From NCBI GenBank assembly GCA_040954595.2, contig CM082578.2:10029519-10093518 (forward strand): 64,000 bases of DNA, given 5' to 3'. Origin of the DNA: Balanoglossus misakiensis. Lineage: Eukaryota; Animalia; Hemichordata. Within the stretch, counting starts at the first letter, position 1, and the number at the start of each line of letters is the position of its first letter. This document shows, piece after piece, positions 40,675 to 55,517 of the stretch. A program made the position numbers and the translations under genes. The notes under the pieces were generated by a model. The model saw only the letters and a list, made by a program, of their open reading frames with translations. It was not told where the DNA came from and did not search any database.

Positions 40675-41458
40675 TTTATTGACATCGAACAGACAAAGTC
40701 CAACAACTGGATGCAGACAATCAAAAACATTCAATTGCGAATAGGTGTGTCTGCAGGAGATAAAAGTATTCGCTTGGGTATTTATACATTTATATAACAA
40801 GCATCATGATTATAGATCCCAAATATTACCGTTTTAGAATTATTCAAGTGTGTCTCTCGACTTACTATACAGTTTCAATAGTTATCATCGTTTTTTTTTA
40901 CTTTTTCAATTGATATTGAGTGCAGTGCAAATCAGTGCGGGAAACATTATCGTTCTACATATTAGAGAAAATAAACCTATGCTTACGGGTCATGTGATAG
41001 CAGATTTACAGCTATTGAAAGCGCGTCGTACTGGGAAATATTGGAGCACTCAAAAGCCAATTTTATCTGGATACAACGTGTGTTTGAATCCTTTCTTGCT
41101 TCTTACGTCAATTTTTATGGCATGACTCACAAATCCGCTTACATAGTCTGGATATGTTAAATTTTGCCTCTTTCGTGAAGGGATGATTTGGTGAAAACGC
41201 TTTAGACTATAATTTCGTGGAGTTATGGCTAAGCTGAATACAACGTTCTACCTTTTCATCTTACATGAAAATCTCCAATTGGTGATGGCGATGATGATGG
41301 TGGTGTTGGTGGTGGTGGTGGTAGCGGCGGCGGCGACGACGACGGTGGGTATCATCATGGTGATTCAAGTACCACCGGCATAGTCTTGTAAAGTGCAAGA
41401 AGGCGGTTATATCTCGCGCTTATAAAAATATAATTTGGGTCACCAAGATGGGTTCATA

Positions 41459-41482
41459 CACAGTCCCTCAAGAAAAACTGTG
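41459..41482. mobile_element. Second, decayed copy of the CACAGTCCCT micro-insertion
   Basis: GTTCATA-[CACAGTCCCTcaagaaaaACTGTG]-GTTTATA (7-bp TSD, 1 mismatch). Confidence 0.55.
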
Positions 41483-43474
41483 GTTTATACTATATTTGTA
41501 AGAGTTAGATAATTCCCTTCATTAAAGGGGAAGCAATTGGGAAATAGAGGTCATAGTATGATACATGGCCGGTAGCGCCAATAGGTTTAGGAGATATAAC
41601 GATGTGTTAAAGAGTACGATACCATTGAAAATGTCATAGGTAGGGGACTACTGAGATGCATTGCATAGTTATCATATTCCATGGCCTTCTACATATCAGC
41701 TTTGGTACATATGTTCTTTGAACTCTGTTTATAGGCAGAACGGTGTTTTCGAATCAGAATTCAAACTCGTCAGATTTATCTTTAGTCTTCTGGAGGCTGG
41801 TATATATAATGAAACTTACAAAATGTACGACAATATCAAACCTAAACAGAAAAAAACGTACGAATCAACATTAATTCTGCCCTAAACGTTGTTAGAAAAT
41901 TACAGTACCAGAATGAAGAAAATAAAACCGTCGCCGGAAAAGATTTGAGAATTACAGATTGTGCTCATATTTCACAAAGAGCGCATTATACCCGGCGAAC
42001 ATGAGCCGCGACAGTAATCCATGTAAACATCTGTCCTCCAATTTATTATTACCCATTATCATTATGGAGACTTGTGTATATATAAAAACGTGGATGGGTT
42101 TTATGTAACTACGTCGCTTGCTTATCACGTTTTCACTTTTTGAATCACTGCTTTAGAATGTTCTGTGTTAAAATCGATTTCGAAAATGAATAGGCATCGT
42201 CAAAATATATTAGTCATTCTTTTTGACTGAGCATTTGATGTGTAACGGGAATAATTAAAGTGCCACTTCAAAAGAAAGCGGTATGGGGTGTATTTCCGAG
42301 TACCGTCGCAGTTTGGGCTGGCAGCATAGCCGTGGAACATTTTACAACAGCATTCTAGAGTTTCAAAGTCTTCCCCTCAGACTTCATTATTCGAAATTTT
42401 AAAGAACGATTTTCCTTCAATGGTCCAACCCTGATGAGATCGTACGCCCTGAAGCAAATCCGCTCCATTTTAATCAAGAGAAGAAAACGCGCAAGATGTG
42501 TTCTGCGCGTGCGCATGAGGTCAGGAGAACTTTTTTGGGGTTGTTGCATCCAAAAATGTCTTCATTGTGCTGCTATCAACGGGATTCCATCACACTTGTG
42601 GAAAGTGCTTTACCCGGGGACTTGAGACGCACCTTTCACGACTTGGGTTGGTAAACAGCCTTTCGATTACCGACTGACGGATATGTAGACGGTATTTTTC
42701 AAACGAGAAATGAAAAAAAAAAAACAGGAGAGGGAACGTATTCTTGTATTTCTTTTTTTATTTGGAGTATGGGTCTGATATGCTCATACTTGATGGGACG
42801 AGAAGCTGTTCTTAGGGGTCGAATAGATCAATCAGAGACGTGTGGCTGCAGATAGGTACAAATGTACTTTCGAATTTGTCCAATATGTTTAATGCGGAAA
42901 TCGATACTAATACATGTACTTTGAAAAGTGCTGAGATAAATGTTTTCGAAGCCGGGGAGTTTTGCCCAATATGACGCCGAGGTTATACGTGCCGCATGCT
43001 GTGACTGGTTCGATAACTGAAGAAGTAAATGGAGATGCTGACGACTGCATTTGATATGAGTGAAGTCAAATTTGGAAATGATGTGCAAAACATGTTTTGT
43101 GCGTGTATGTGTTACAGGCTTACAGCCACCTCTTGGTGTCATATATACATGTGTACATTCTCCCGGTTGTTAACTCTCAGTTGACGTGTGCCTACGGTGA
43201 ATGCTAGCTATGACCAATCGTGCTGCACCATTGGTGGCGCTATTACTCCCAATGATGCGAGCCTTTTAGCCAAATTCGGAAGCAAGGGGACGAAGACAGT
43301 CGCTGATAGCGCCCTCGTCGACAATGATTGGCGTTTTGGTAGAAAGTCCACCCGAGTAATGGAAACCCGTTATCGGAACCTTATATTTTTTCATAGCCTT
43401 ATATGAAACATACTGCTTATATTTAAGGAAGTTTTTGCCACTGATGTAATACTAGTATCAAAAAAGCTGATCAA

Positions 43475-43576
<102 letters not shown>

Positions 43577-44526
43577 CAACAAGCCCACCACCAAGGCTAC
43601 AATTATTGAAGCTACTGCATGTTGACATTGATAACGTGCAGTAAACTTTGGAGACTGCCCCTAGTTCGGTGTAAATGTTTCACACGCGCTTTCAAGCTCC
43701 CTCTACAGGCCAAAGAAGAAATTTCACACTGGTGGATGAAACGCTGTCATCTACAACGTACAGATACATTGTACGTGTAGTTGTGAGTTCGTGCCTGTTG
43801 GATCAATGCTGGTTTATCGTTTAGCTACAAAGCATTTCCTATTCAACTTTTGCAGTAGTTGTCATTTTGAAGTAGGAGAATCGCAACTCCCGAAGTAAAA
43901 ATCTCGAGTATTGACGGGCTGCCTAAGGACCAGTTCTAGTAGACTGTTGGGAGCTCTCTCTCTCTCTCTTTCGCTCTGTGCAACCTTTCCCGCCAAATAA
44001 AGACAGGCGCCTACGACGACAAGGCGTTGTCGTCATGACAGCGACACCATTTAAACGCCGGTTACTCAGCGAGAGTAAGGCACATTAGCAAACCACTCGC
44101 TTCGGGAGGCACTGCACGGTGCACTGTCTGTCACTCCTCAATATACTGTGTGCGTGAAGTTTACGTCGTCCAATATACATCACTCGCAATTCGAACCTCA
44201 GAACTGAAAGTCGCTTTTTGTTCAATCGCTGAGCCGTGTGGGAACGAGCCTGACAACCGCAGAATAATCGCGCAAACGCGACGGACGACAGCAATCATCG
44301 ATCCCACTTCGGTACGTGGGACTGAGAAAGTTGTCGCTAACCGTGTCCAAGATACGCATTCACGTACTGTAACGCTTTGTTTTTTTATCCGTGCACTGTT
44401 TTCGCCGAACAAAAGGGACTTACATCATTAAGTTGAACTTTACTGCTTTCCCGTCGTCAAGGGCAAAGAATCTCCCACTCGACGAGTTTCCTGGACATCT
44501 GCGAACACAATTCGAGATTGAAAAAA

Positions 44527-44581
44527 ATGAAGATACACACAGCCCTATTGGTTCTCGCTGGGTATGTTGTATGGCTGGTAG
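44527..44581 (+). CDS. Probable first coding exon (signal peptide) of a gene continuing downstream
   Basis: aaaATG followed by MKIHTALLVLAGYVVWLV G|gtaacc (other donors gtatgt/gtaggt nearby); preceded by a CpG-richer, UTR-like region. Confidence 0.45.
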
Positions 44582-47500
44582 GTAACCAGGAGTTATTACT
44601 CCACTTTTGGACTTATCTCTGTACACAATCTCAATTTTCTCCTCCAATAATTACATCGTTTCGCATTATTGTACTTCACACGTACCCAGCTACTCTCTTC
44701 TGCCAGTCTAGTCGTGTTTTAATTTAATTTTCACATTAGTTTCAGTTAATTTATGCAATGCGATGTGCCATTGCATTCGAACATGTTCTGCCTGTCCATG
44801 GTTTCGCCAAAACTCTTGTGCGTCAGATGAATTCACCCCTCTGCACACTGCACATAATATTAGGTGGTTAAAAATGTGCATCTTTGTTTTCGCCTGTTGA
44901 CCTAAAGTCCGGACTTCAGCTAACGACGATTGAACAGTGCTGAATTAATAGTATAGGCACATACTCACCCAAACCGAGTTTCAATAATATTTATCGGTAG
45001 AAGAAAAAAGAATATGGTCGATTCATACGAGAAATGGGAAAAATGATTTTAATTTCTTTAATGTCGTTTAGATTATTATAAATCGCTCTCAGTTATTATT
45101 TTTGTGGAAGTTTAATCAAATAATGCATGACAAATTAGGGGATGATTCAGGTTTGACGGTACTCGGTTTGTCTAATGTTTGAGACGCCAACATCGATTAA
45201 AAAGGCAAGATGCCTTGGTATTATACAGGTATATGTGCGGGGCTTTTAAGCAAATTAGGAGATAATGGTCGGTGACAATGACAAGAGAAAATAACAATTT
45301 ATGACGTATGATTTTTATGACGTATCAGGAAAGATGTCTCGGTATCATCAAAGACACCAACCAGAAGCTAAAAATGTCACTCAGGAGAAAGTAAACGTTT
45401 ATGAAAACGACTTGCGAGGTGCCCGAGGAATTTGAGCACGTGTACATCAAATTGTTCTGTCACTCCAGACTCCTGATCGACGGGTTAGATGTGAGGTAAA
45501 GGGTCCATGCCCCTTCGCCAGTCATTTAATAGTTTATGATGGATTTAATCCCCCCGTTTTTAAAAGAATAGTTGCATATTACTCTGTCTTATTCATTCTG
45601 CTTTGCTCGGGGTGAAATTTATCGTGCTGCCCGAATTTTCTCTTACGCTCTCTTTCATTATTTTAGCAAAAGTCCAAAGTGTTAAATATTTCTGGGAGAT
45701 GTACGTTTGGGCAGCCTGATGGAAATAGTAATTTCAACTGTCAGTAAGACAGTATACCACAGACACGTACTTCTGAAAACGGAAACTGGGGGTTAGACAC
45801 ATACACATCTGAAATATAACCCTGAAATTATTCAATGCCGATGTAATTTTATTTTACAATAAATCAATTTTACGCTACAGAAAGGTAGGCGAGTTGTCGC
45901 GGAAATGACAGGCGTTGCAAGCTGGGATCTCAATATGGCGCTCTTTCAAGCCTGTTGGTCCGTCTGTATTGTTTTATACCTCGGTTGCTGAATATTCTCA
46001 CGCGGCGTCGTGGTACCCACCCGTTTTACTAACATTATCTTTATGTTACATGTCTAGGTATACTAAACAGGACAAAAAATCCACTCAAACGATTAACTAC
46101 ATGTCTGGAAATACTAAAAACAGAAATAAAATCCATTCAGATGACTAACGTGCAATGATTTCCATAGGATGCACATATTTACTTCACGAAGTGCCTGCAT
46201 GCCTCTGAATTTATAATGCCATTTCAGCGGTAGTAACTATCACCCTATAAATGATAAAATGCATTGTGCAGAACATTCTGAGTATGTGATTTACCGGAAG
46301 AGATCGTTACCTGGGAGATTACCGACGCTGATGAGTCTCATCTGAGAAATAAAACATGAAAGTCATATAAAGTTATCTTTTCGTCTCAGAGAGTTCACAA
46401 CAAAACGTGTTAGTGTCCGTGTTATGCTCTAATTTTAGAACCATTTCAGGTGATCCGAGTATAATCACTACGTTTTCTACTAAAGACTCGATGTCGTTGT
46501 ATGATTATGATCAATCCGTATACGTCAACGCAGATCCTCCTTCAGAGAGAATGAACAGAGTACAATTTGCACGTAAATACTGATATGGACTTTATATATC
46601 TACTGTGGCTTACTGATGCTCGTTGTTGCATTCAGAAGTCACTTTTACTGAGATTGCGCACTTTTGCGATGCCTCGACGAGGAGTAATAATGTTGACTGA
46701 CATAATAGTGCCATTACCTCAATTACTCGATTGACACTTCCCGTTCCTTGTGCGCACATTTGCGCTGAAACGACAATTGAAAGCAGTATACTTTCTGCAG
46801 AACTCTTTTTCGGATAATACCTGGCGAACAATCGACAGTTTGACGTCAATCACCGTGTAGGAACCAGCGTCATCAAGTTATGTCAGCACATTTCGACCAC
46901 TGCAAGTTTGCAAGTTCTTTAGGTCTTTTAATTTTGTCTAGATGATAACTAACCTCTTTTCATCGCTTGAACGTTACCAATCTTGTTAAGAACTATTTTC
47001 ACAAAGCATACATCTTTTGATGCAAGAATAGTTTGTATATAAGTACGCCCAGAGACGTTTAGACAAAGTCCTATAAAGCTCGGGACCGATTCAACCGTTG
47101 GCACGAACTAGCTGCAAATTATCACCATGTATCTAATATTGGGACGACATTCGTTCGGATAATAGCCAATACTTTGGTCACGCGAGAAAATTGGTTTTGT
47201 CGGCATTGAACGCCCCGAGAGTCTTCTTGTGACGGCAGGGGGGGGGGGGGTTGACATGTGAAGGGCGGTTGTAACGGCGGAGATTACTCAATTTTTTATT
47301 GTTTGTTTAAGAAATTAAACATTAAACTCGATCATAAAAAGAGGGCGCCCACATGGCGAGAACGTTAACGATGAAATTAGAGAGAAGAACACTCTCTCTC
47401 TCTCCTCTCAAAAAGCATTATTGCAGAACTGTTTTTCTGTAGTAGAGTGCTTACTTCAGTGGACAACCATGGCAGTGAAAACGATAATAATTTGTTACCG

Positions 47501-50408
47501 GAAATGAGTGCTATACGATACTCTGGCAAAAAAGTCTCTTTGCAGAATTTCTCGGTCTTCGTTTTAATACGTCATTACTTGCGTGCATCCATTTTCACTG
47601 TGCAAATATAGTTTAGCTCTTTCATTACAATGGCGCTGAAAAGTGCCGCCCGTCTAGCAAAACTAATAATTTTCGGTCTTGATTTATGCTGTCTTCTGAA
47701 TTACCTAAAATAGAATTTATGACTTTGTTATCGTCAACATCCATGTTCTCCCAGGAAGCCGTGGCCGAGTGTGTTTACCATCAACAGGTTGTCTCCGTGT
47801 CACGTGACCTGCTATTACAGAGCAGACAGCGATAAGTCATTTATGGTCATCACCACATTATTTGTCTCATATTCGCACAATTATCGATTGAACTAGAACG
47901 TGCGGGAATCATTCCTCCTTGGTAGTTGGTATAGTAGCGATTACCGACGTAATTAATTAAAATGTGGAAAGAGTAATCGGGAAGACATAAATGTTTATGA
48001 GCTTAATTTGACTTAAACGGACATATTACAATTTTAAGGATTTTGTCCAGGCTTTTAGATTTGTTCATCTCTTGCCGTCAAACATGCGCCGGGTATAACA
48101 TTACCTCTACTTTTATTTTCAAGAATAGCGTCCCGAAAGAGGCATAACTTCTGTGTAAAAAAAGTCCTCGCGAACATAGAACAGTTACATATCACGTCAC
48201 CGATTGAAATTACAGTCTGACATGTCATTGAATTTTATGGTGACACTATAACATTTCTTATCTAAGAGACAAATCTCATATTTCCTCCGGTGGTGATAAC
48301 ATAGTCACCCCCACAATGTTTTTTTACAATGTTATGTATTTGTGTATGATATAACCATTTAAAAAACGCATCGGTTTTTATGTCAAGCGCAATCGGATAG
48401 TGTCACTAACATCCAGCGGCTAAATGGACAAAGACGCCGGCATACAGCGATTAACTCGACGAAGAGTAGAACCCATCAAGTTTGTCTCCAGCTTCAGATT
48501 TAATACAGAAATTCAGCAATTCGATTTCACCATAGCGATGGTAAAGTGTTTTAGTTCAGGGTGGGGTCGACTGACTTTCTCCGGGCGCTGCACAAAGTTA
48601 TAAAAACGAAGCGGTTTTCTTCAATTGCCTGAAATATAGGGTTATGGAGGTTAATAAAATATACATAGCCTATGGCAATATACTGTGCGTTTGTATACAG
48701 GTCCTGCACTTCTTTTGATTGCGAGAGTTTTTAGTTTAAAAAAATGGCGTGACGAACCTGTTGATTCATAATTCCCCCCCCCCCCCCCAAAAAAAAAAAA
48801 AAACACTCGCATGCTCAAAAGGAGATCTGTACGGACATTTCTCTGGTGTATGCCACGTGGTGTTACCCACCGAATTCGTTCATATATCGCAGACAAGCAT
48901 GGCATGCGCACATTCTACTGTCACATTTTGTGCACTTAATGCAACATCTCCGTTAGCATGTTTTTCTTGTGTAAAATTATATGTGAACGTGTTTTTTTTT
49001 TCAAGAACACTTTGACGTGCTTACGATAACAATTCAAAGTGCAAATACAAGTTGAGACAGAGTGATCAAGAGTACACTCCTCGTTTCATGGGTAATCTGC
49101 GTCTGATACTATAATCCAGGATGTTTGAAACATTCTTGGTGACCACTGGCCTGGGTGATCAGATTCATCGACTGTCCTACCTGTTGACGTCACAGTGCAT
49201 GCCCCAATAAGGACAGTATCGCCATTATATGCATAGTCGGTCTAAAACGAGAATGTCAACTGTTACTTGAAGTTCCAAAAGTTCTGATGCTAGCGACGTC
49301 AATGACGTCAATTCATCATAGGATGTCGTCTGCGTTTCTATATTTCCTGACAGCAGTCACCACATAATCATCTTTCGACTCGAATGTACTGTAAAACATG
49401 ATTTTCTAGCTAGCATGTTATTTTAGCTAATTTAGCATGTGTCACTATTTTTTTTACAATTGTTAAGATGTCTTCATAGCTAAATTAAAAGTCCGTTGAT
49501 TGTACTCTAAATACAAATTCGCCATTTTATAAAAACAAGCATGCAGCTAGATTATTTACAGTAGTTTCGGGCACAGACCCCCAGATTCTGCCGGCCGTCA
49601 CAGTGGCATCTTTGAGGCGGGAAAACACGGCCACGTATTGATGTGACGAAATATCAACGGCACGATGATGTCTATTAGAGAGACCGATGAAGTGGAACTA
49701 ACCTATTTTCCTACCATTGTGTCACTCAATAAATCGATTAAAGTTCTCTTGGCGCAAAAAATCATAGTGTGATGAAAACATTTGCCTAAATTTCGGCATT
49801 CCATTTATTTCTAAAATCGATGCGTTACGCATTGTGGCACTGTCGGTATCCATTAGCGAGAACACTTCCAGTTTTACCGACGTGTTATTTTATTCATGGC
49901 GTTTTTAAAAACCTGTCAACATACTGGAAATTGAACACAAATGGTGTAAGAGTTTCAAAGGTCAACGTCAATAGTCGTACTTGTCTTGCATGGCTCAAAA
50001 AATCAATTGCAAAAGTTACATTCGTGTACGACAATACTCATTCAAGAATACAGTTTTCCGAGTCAAGAAAATGGCTATGGTCAGCTTTTTTCCTTGTGTG
50101 TTTTTTTGGAACAGCAAAAGACTTGCTTCCATTTAATTGTAATCGCAAGTTTCTATTTTATTGTAATTCACTGGTGTTACGAGCGCCAGCGAGAGTACTG
50201 TATGCCCCAGAGATTCAACTGTAGATTAAAAACATCAAACGACAATGGTTTACCGTATTGCCGGGACCGTATTGGCGATCATAGAACAAATTGGCGCGCG
50301 TGTGCGTGCATATGTGATGTTTTTATTCCCGAGAAGTTGTGTCCGCCTGTCTCGGGAGCTAGATCAGCTCAGATTTTGGATCGGAAATCAGTCACTGCGG
50401 ACGACTTA

Positions 50409-50609
50409 GGGAATGGTCAGTCTCTTCGGCCTGGGGTGGATTTTATTTTTGGATATCAAAAAGTGTCTGAACACCCCCCCCCCCTTATTGAATATGGAAA
50501 AAATGGATGACCCCCGGTGAACCCCCCCCCATCACCCAATTCCAAAACAGGGTGACCCCCCCCCCCCATGAATTCACCGGCCCCCAGGCCGAAGAAACTG
50601 ACCAGTCCC
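50409..50609. mobile_element. PIF/Harbinger-type (Tourist-like) MITE
   Basis: TIRs GGGAATGGTCAGTCTCTTCGGCCTGGGG / CCCCAGGCCGAAGAAACTGACCAGTCCC, 3-bp TSD TTA on both sides, internal poly-C runs. Confidence 0.85.
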
Positions 50610-51833
50610 TTATTCGCTCAAGGATGGAACTCGAGCTGAATTGTCTCTCTGATGCGGCATACACACCAAAAACCCTGCGTTTTCGCAGAAAACACTGTCC
50701 GTTTCCAAAAAGGGGTCTGAGGAAATTTAATCCCCACACTGACCAAATGCCACTCGAGATGATCAACTGAAACAAGACTAGCAAAATTAGATTATCGCGA
50801 TAAAAGGGACTCTCTCGCATAATATCACGACCAGGAAGTCAACATTTGATTTTCAATTTACCTTGTCCAAGCCGGGATTTGTGCGGCGAGTGAGTGCATT
50901 AACATCGGTTTGTGCTAAAGGTTGACGCCCTCAAAAGCGATTACGTGGAAGAAAAAAAAGACAAACATCAGAAGACAGCGCAAGTTCGCAGTTAAGGAAG
51001 ACTGGCTGTCCTTAAGTTGCATTGATTTTAAACAAAGAGGGGTTAATTATGTATGAGGCAACGATCGAAAAGTGTCCATCATGCTGCGCCTTTAAGGCAA
51101 AAGCTATTCGTAATTGTCGCTCTTTAAATACGCAAAGCAGCGAGACGCAAACTAATCGAACGCGTGACCATGGCGAGGCTGGTTGTCCAAGTCTCCTTCT
51201 GATGTTGCGAGTGTACCAGACTGTCGTTCGTAAAACAAAGTTCAATGCCCCTGTTAAAAATTAAGAATGAAATAACCCCATGGAAGGTCTAGAAAATACA
51301 GCAAAAAGGTCAGGTGGTGACGATACAGGCAGAATTTAATCGCTGTCTCTAACGATTAACTACGAGAAAAAGTAACACGTAGCACTTATAGTGCATGGAT
51401 GGTATTTCGCATTTTCACTTTCCCCTACATATTTTCGAAACCCCGAAGGTTACTTGAAATCATTTTCTGCATCAACGTGTCGGCTGCTCGTCACGCTTGA
51501 ACAGGTAAACCACTTCCAGATTTTATATGTATTAATAAAATGTTTTCTCCAAGGCCCTGATGTAAGAGCTCAAAAAATTGGGTTACATTGAACGGGAACT
51601 TTAAGACGTGTAAGAAAATGTCTTCGAGCGGATTAAGAATTAGTGTAAATGTACTTTTACGGAGCAAATGACTGACGTTGCATTAAAGACTTCTCAGAAT
51701 CCGATTCGCGCCATCTCTCCTAAAGCCTCTCACTGTGGATTTCTTCATTTTGCATTTGCGTAAAACCTGAGATCTACACATCTGTTATGACAACCGGGGA
51801 AGTAACTAGCCCTTCTTTGAGCTCGAATGATTC

Positions 51834-51952
51834 CACGTGAGCCATCCGTGGGCGTTGTCCGCACGTGCGGTGACGTCATCGCGTTAAAACGATCCTGGCC
51901 TTTCTCCGAGCTTATCGCTGTTCGACCGTTGATGTAGTACGTGTGACACGTG
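51834..51952. promoter_or_regulatory. Candidate enhancer: three E-boxes plus a CRE
   Basis: CACGTG at 51834, 51862 and 51947; TGACGTCA at 51871. Confidence 0.35.
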
Positions 51953-54873
51953 TGAACTAATAGAGGGGATGACAGAAATCACTAGCGGCCACGTTTGTTA
52001 GCATGTATTCATGACATTCTCAAAATACCCGCGGGCGATTTAAACTCGGTACAATTAATTCTGCTGATAATGTAATTTAAGCGCGATAATTGAACGATTT
52101 GTGGCAATGCTCCGAAAATAGGCGACATGCATTTGCGATTATTTGGCTTCGGAATTGAATATCGAGACATCTCATCAGCCGTGACATTTCACTTCTCACT
52201 CATCTGAAAGGGACTTTGTATGCAGTCGAAAACAACGGACAAAGGGGGTCCAAAGTTTTTAATTAGTTTTATAAGAATACATGATTTCTTATTGGCCGAA
52301 TCCCGAATTAGACGTACAACAGAAATGGCGAGGAATTGACGTTATTAGATGACGCAGTCAATGCGGTCCTGACTTAGAATTGGTTTGCCAACATTAGCTT
52401 TTTAGAGCGGTCCGTTATGTGGTGCTCACGGAAAGAGCTCGGGGAACATGAACTATGTCCTGAACTGTTTCTCTTGGACCCATTTCGACATTGACTGCGA
52501 CATCAACGATGACTTCATATGGTCGAATTATTGCGAATCCCATTTGTGTATCAATTATTTTATTATTTCCTGGTTTATTTCCAATTAAATGCCCGTATCA
52601 GACCTATCTGACCTCGACACAGCGGACACATTTGTAGTAATTTCCACCGAAAACGGGCTTACCATACCGCCCCTTTGATCAGATGTGCCCACCTGCCGAA
52701 TTCGGCATCACGATTTCCGCGCGAGCCGCGTACCGCGATCTCACTGGGGGCGTAAACCGACGTGAAGCAGTTCCATTTGCCGGCGTGGTGTGATTCAAAT
52801 ACTCACATAAACTCAAACCTTTCGCAAATGAAAAAAAATCTTCCTTTTCACGTTAGCCTAGCTATACGATTCATAATGGCCGATTTATAATGGATATGAC
52901 AGTAGTTGTACTTAAGTTCGGGTTCGTTTTGTTGTTTTGTCCGACATCCGTTACAAACCAAAATTGAAATGCGTTCTTTTTTTAATTCGACACGTTGTCG
53001 AAAGATATCTTAGACCCCATGCAGATTGCATAGATTTCGCTATGTATCAAAACATCAAAGACCATATTTTACTGGGCGTGCGCAATGAATAGGACGAATA
53101 TCATACTTTGCATGCTCAAAAAATGTAAAACACTCGAGCCCAGTCTATTAAATTTCCCTTTTTGAATCAAAGGTTTAGCGTCGCGCAAACAGAATTTTAA
53201 TGAAATTTGAGGTTTGCCCGGATGCAACAATATCAACTAAATATTGTGATGAAAATACTGCGGCGGTATCATCGCAAGCTATTTTTTATGTTCGCAAAGG
53301 TCAATAAAGTTAATGCACCGAACTAACTTTAATCTTTATTGCTGTTGACAAGACATGTTCTCTAAATGTGAACTGAGGCGACCGCATATCCCACCGAAGC
53401 TACGATTATGTTAAAGGTACACGGTCACCATTTGCCTGTATATGGCCAAAATGGCGTGTCTAAGTCTCTGAATAACCACGTGGCGGAGCACTTTTTGCGT
53501 GTGCCACTGAAAATCTGTGATTGGCTGCTATATGCGACTTTGCCATGGTAACATTGATTAAATTTGCATAGGTGGCCGTATACCTTTAAGTAGTGCCTAG
53601 TTTGATAATTAATAGTATAAAAAACTTGCAAATGAAACCCCCAATTTTGCAAAAACCACCCGCGTGGAAACCGTATCAGACAGCGTATGCATGTAGTACC
53701 TCTGTTGTCGCGTCACACAGTGACCATAACGATCACAACGTGATGCAAAGTTCTGACAACTGCCTAGTAGTCATTCCAGAAAAGACACATTGCATCAATG
53801 TTCTGTTCCCATGCTTTTTGTGATGTCATCATAACGTTGGATGTCTCCATTCTGGTCTCCAAAAAAACTAATAATTTTGCGGAGATATGCTTTTTACAGT
53901 TCAGAAAGCTTTTTCGATAATCTGCTGTTGACCTGAATACTACATGTACGCTCCTGCACTTTTTTCGGAGAGACGTGTCCTGTCAGAGGAACTGAATAAA
54001 TCCGACATAATGTCTTTCCAATTCACTCTTAATAACGTTGCAAATTTACCAAACAACACACACATCACCGACAAGTCTTTGTGACAAGGCTTCCGCGCAT
54101 CATTACCTCGCTCGTTGAAAACCCGCGCATGTCCGATACTCCCGAAGGTCGCGGAACGGTTCAATGTTTGTCGAAGGCCTAATTACTTCTGGGGATTTCA
54201 TGACGCAACTCGCTTGATTTGCAAAACGTTTTCGCTCTCCACATCTGTACGTGGATTATGCTTACTCTTCTGCCGGTAATCTATTCGTCGAACAGAGGCT
54301 TCTGCTAAATCCATCATATTCGTAAATGTCGCATTTGACGCTGTCCATGCAATTTCCGCGCAATCAGCTTATTTGGCCATTACGTCGTCCATGCATGTTT
54401 AGTGAGACATTACTATAGGTCTTCAGAGATAGTATCAGATAAATCTGTAAAAATTAAGTTATCTGTCCGATTTCAGTTTTGTGGGATGAAAGTGATGGAT
54501 TTCATTTAAACCAACAAGGTTATGAATGCACCTGTTAAATAATTAAATTGATAACTACAACGTGTAATCGACAAGGGCATGAAGAGATTATGCATATTCC
54601 TCTGATTGTGAGAGTGTCAAGGGTTAACGCAAAGCAGGGAAGAGTGATACAACAGTGGCACAGCACATTGGATAAAACACAACGTTACCAGATTTCTTTT
54701 GTAAAAATGGCTGTATTATAAAAGTCGTTACGTACATGTATCTCTTTTTGAGTGTTCTATTACGACACTGCCCCAATTATCAACAAGATAATGTGAAGAG
54801 ATATTGAGGTTTTATTTGGCATACATTAACAGTTTATCTGACGACCATTCGCATGTTTCCGTTTTATGACAAC

Positions 54874-55517
54874 TGTTACGTAGGAGAAGTTTGCTGTTGT
54901 TTTTTGACCAGGTGTGTTTTCGCTTACTTTCGTAATTTGAATATTTGCGTGACCAGGTGTGGTGCATGCATTAGTTTCCCCATACAAACGGCCCGCACGT
55001 TGTGTTGCGGCGTAGCTACTAATGACTTGTGAGCTGTTCTGTTCCTCGCTGGCTTGGAAGCTGTGCTGTATTTCATGCTGCCCTGGTCTGGAAACCGCGC
55101 CCAGAAGTCGTGCTACCTCATGGGGAATTCGTCCGAAAGCCGTGCCGTCTACCGGGGAATTGTGCCAGAACGCTACTCGGACTGAACGTCGTTGTTGGGA
55201 TTGCCGTGGTGCTGGTCGCGTTCGTCGTGCGCTACAGAACCGTGGACTTTATTCTTTCATTTCCCACACCTGGTCACATTTAAGGTAGTCATTTATTTTT
55301 GTGTGTTTTCTCCCCAGTGTACAATCTTTTTATATTTACCAATGTTTAGTTGTAGTAATCAAAAGTTTCCATAAGCAAGGAAATAACGAGTGGTGTGCCT
55401 ATTGTTGACCGTCTTTGTTGCGTGCTGCGCTGGTTGGTTCACCAAAGCGAGCCATTCAGTAAGTCTATTTCTGCTCACTGCCCTGTTTCGGAACTGAACG
55501 GCCAGCGTGTCGTAACA
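54874..55517 (+). mobile_element. Solo LTR copy 3 (shortest)
   Basis: Same termini; 4-bp TSD CAAC/CAAC. Confidence 0.85.
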
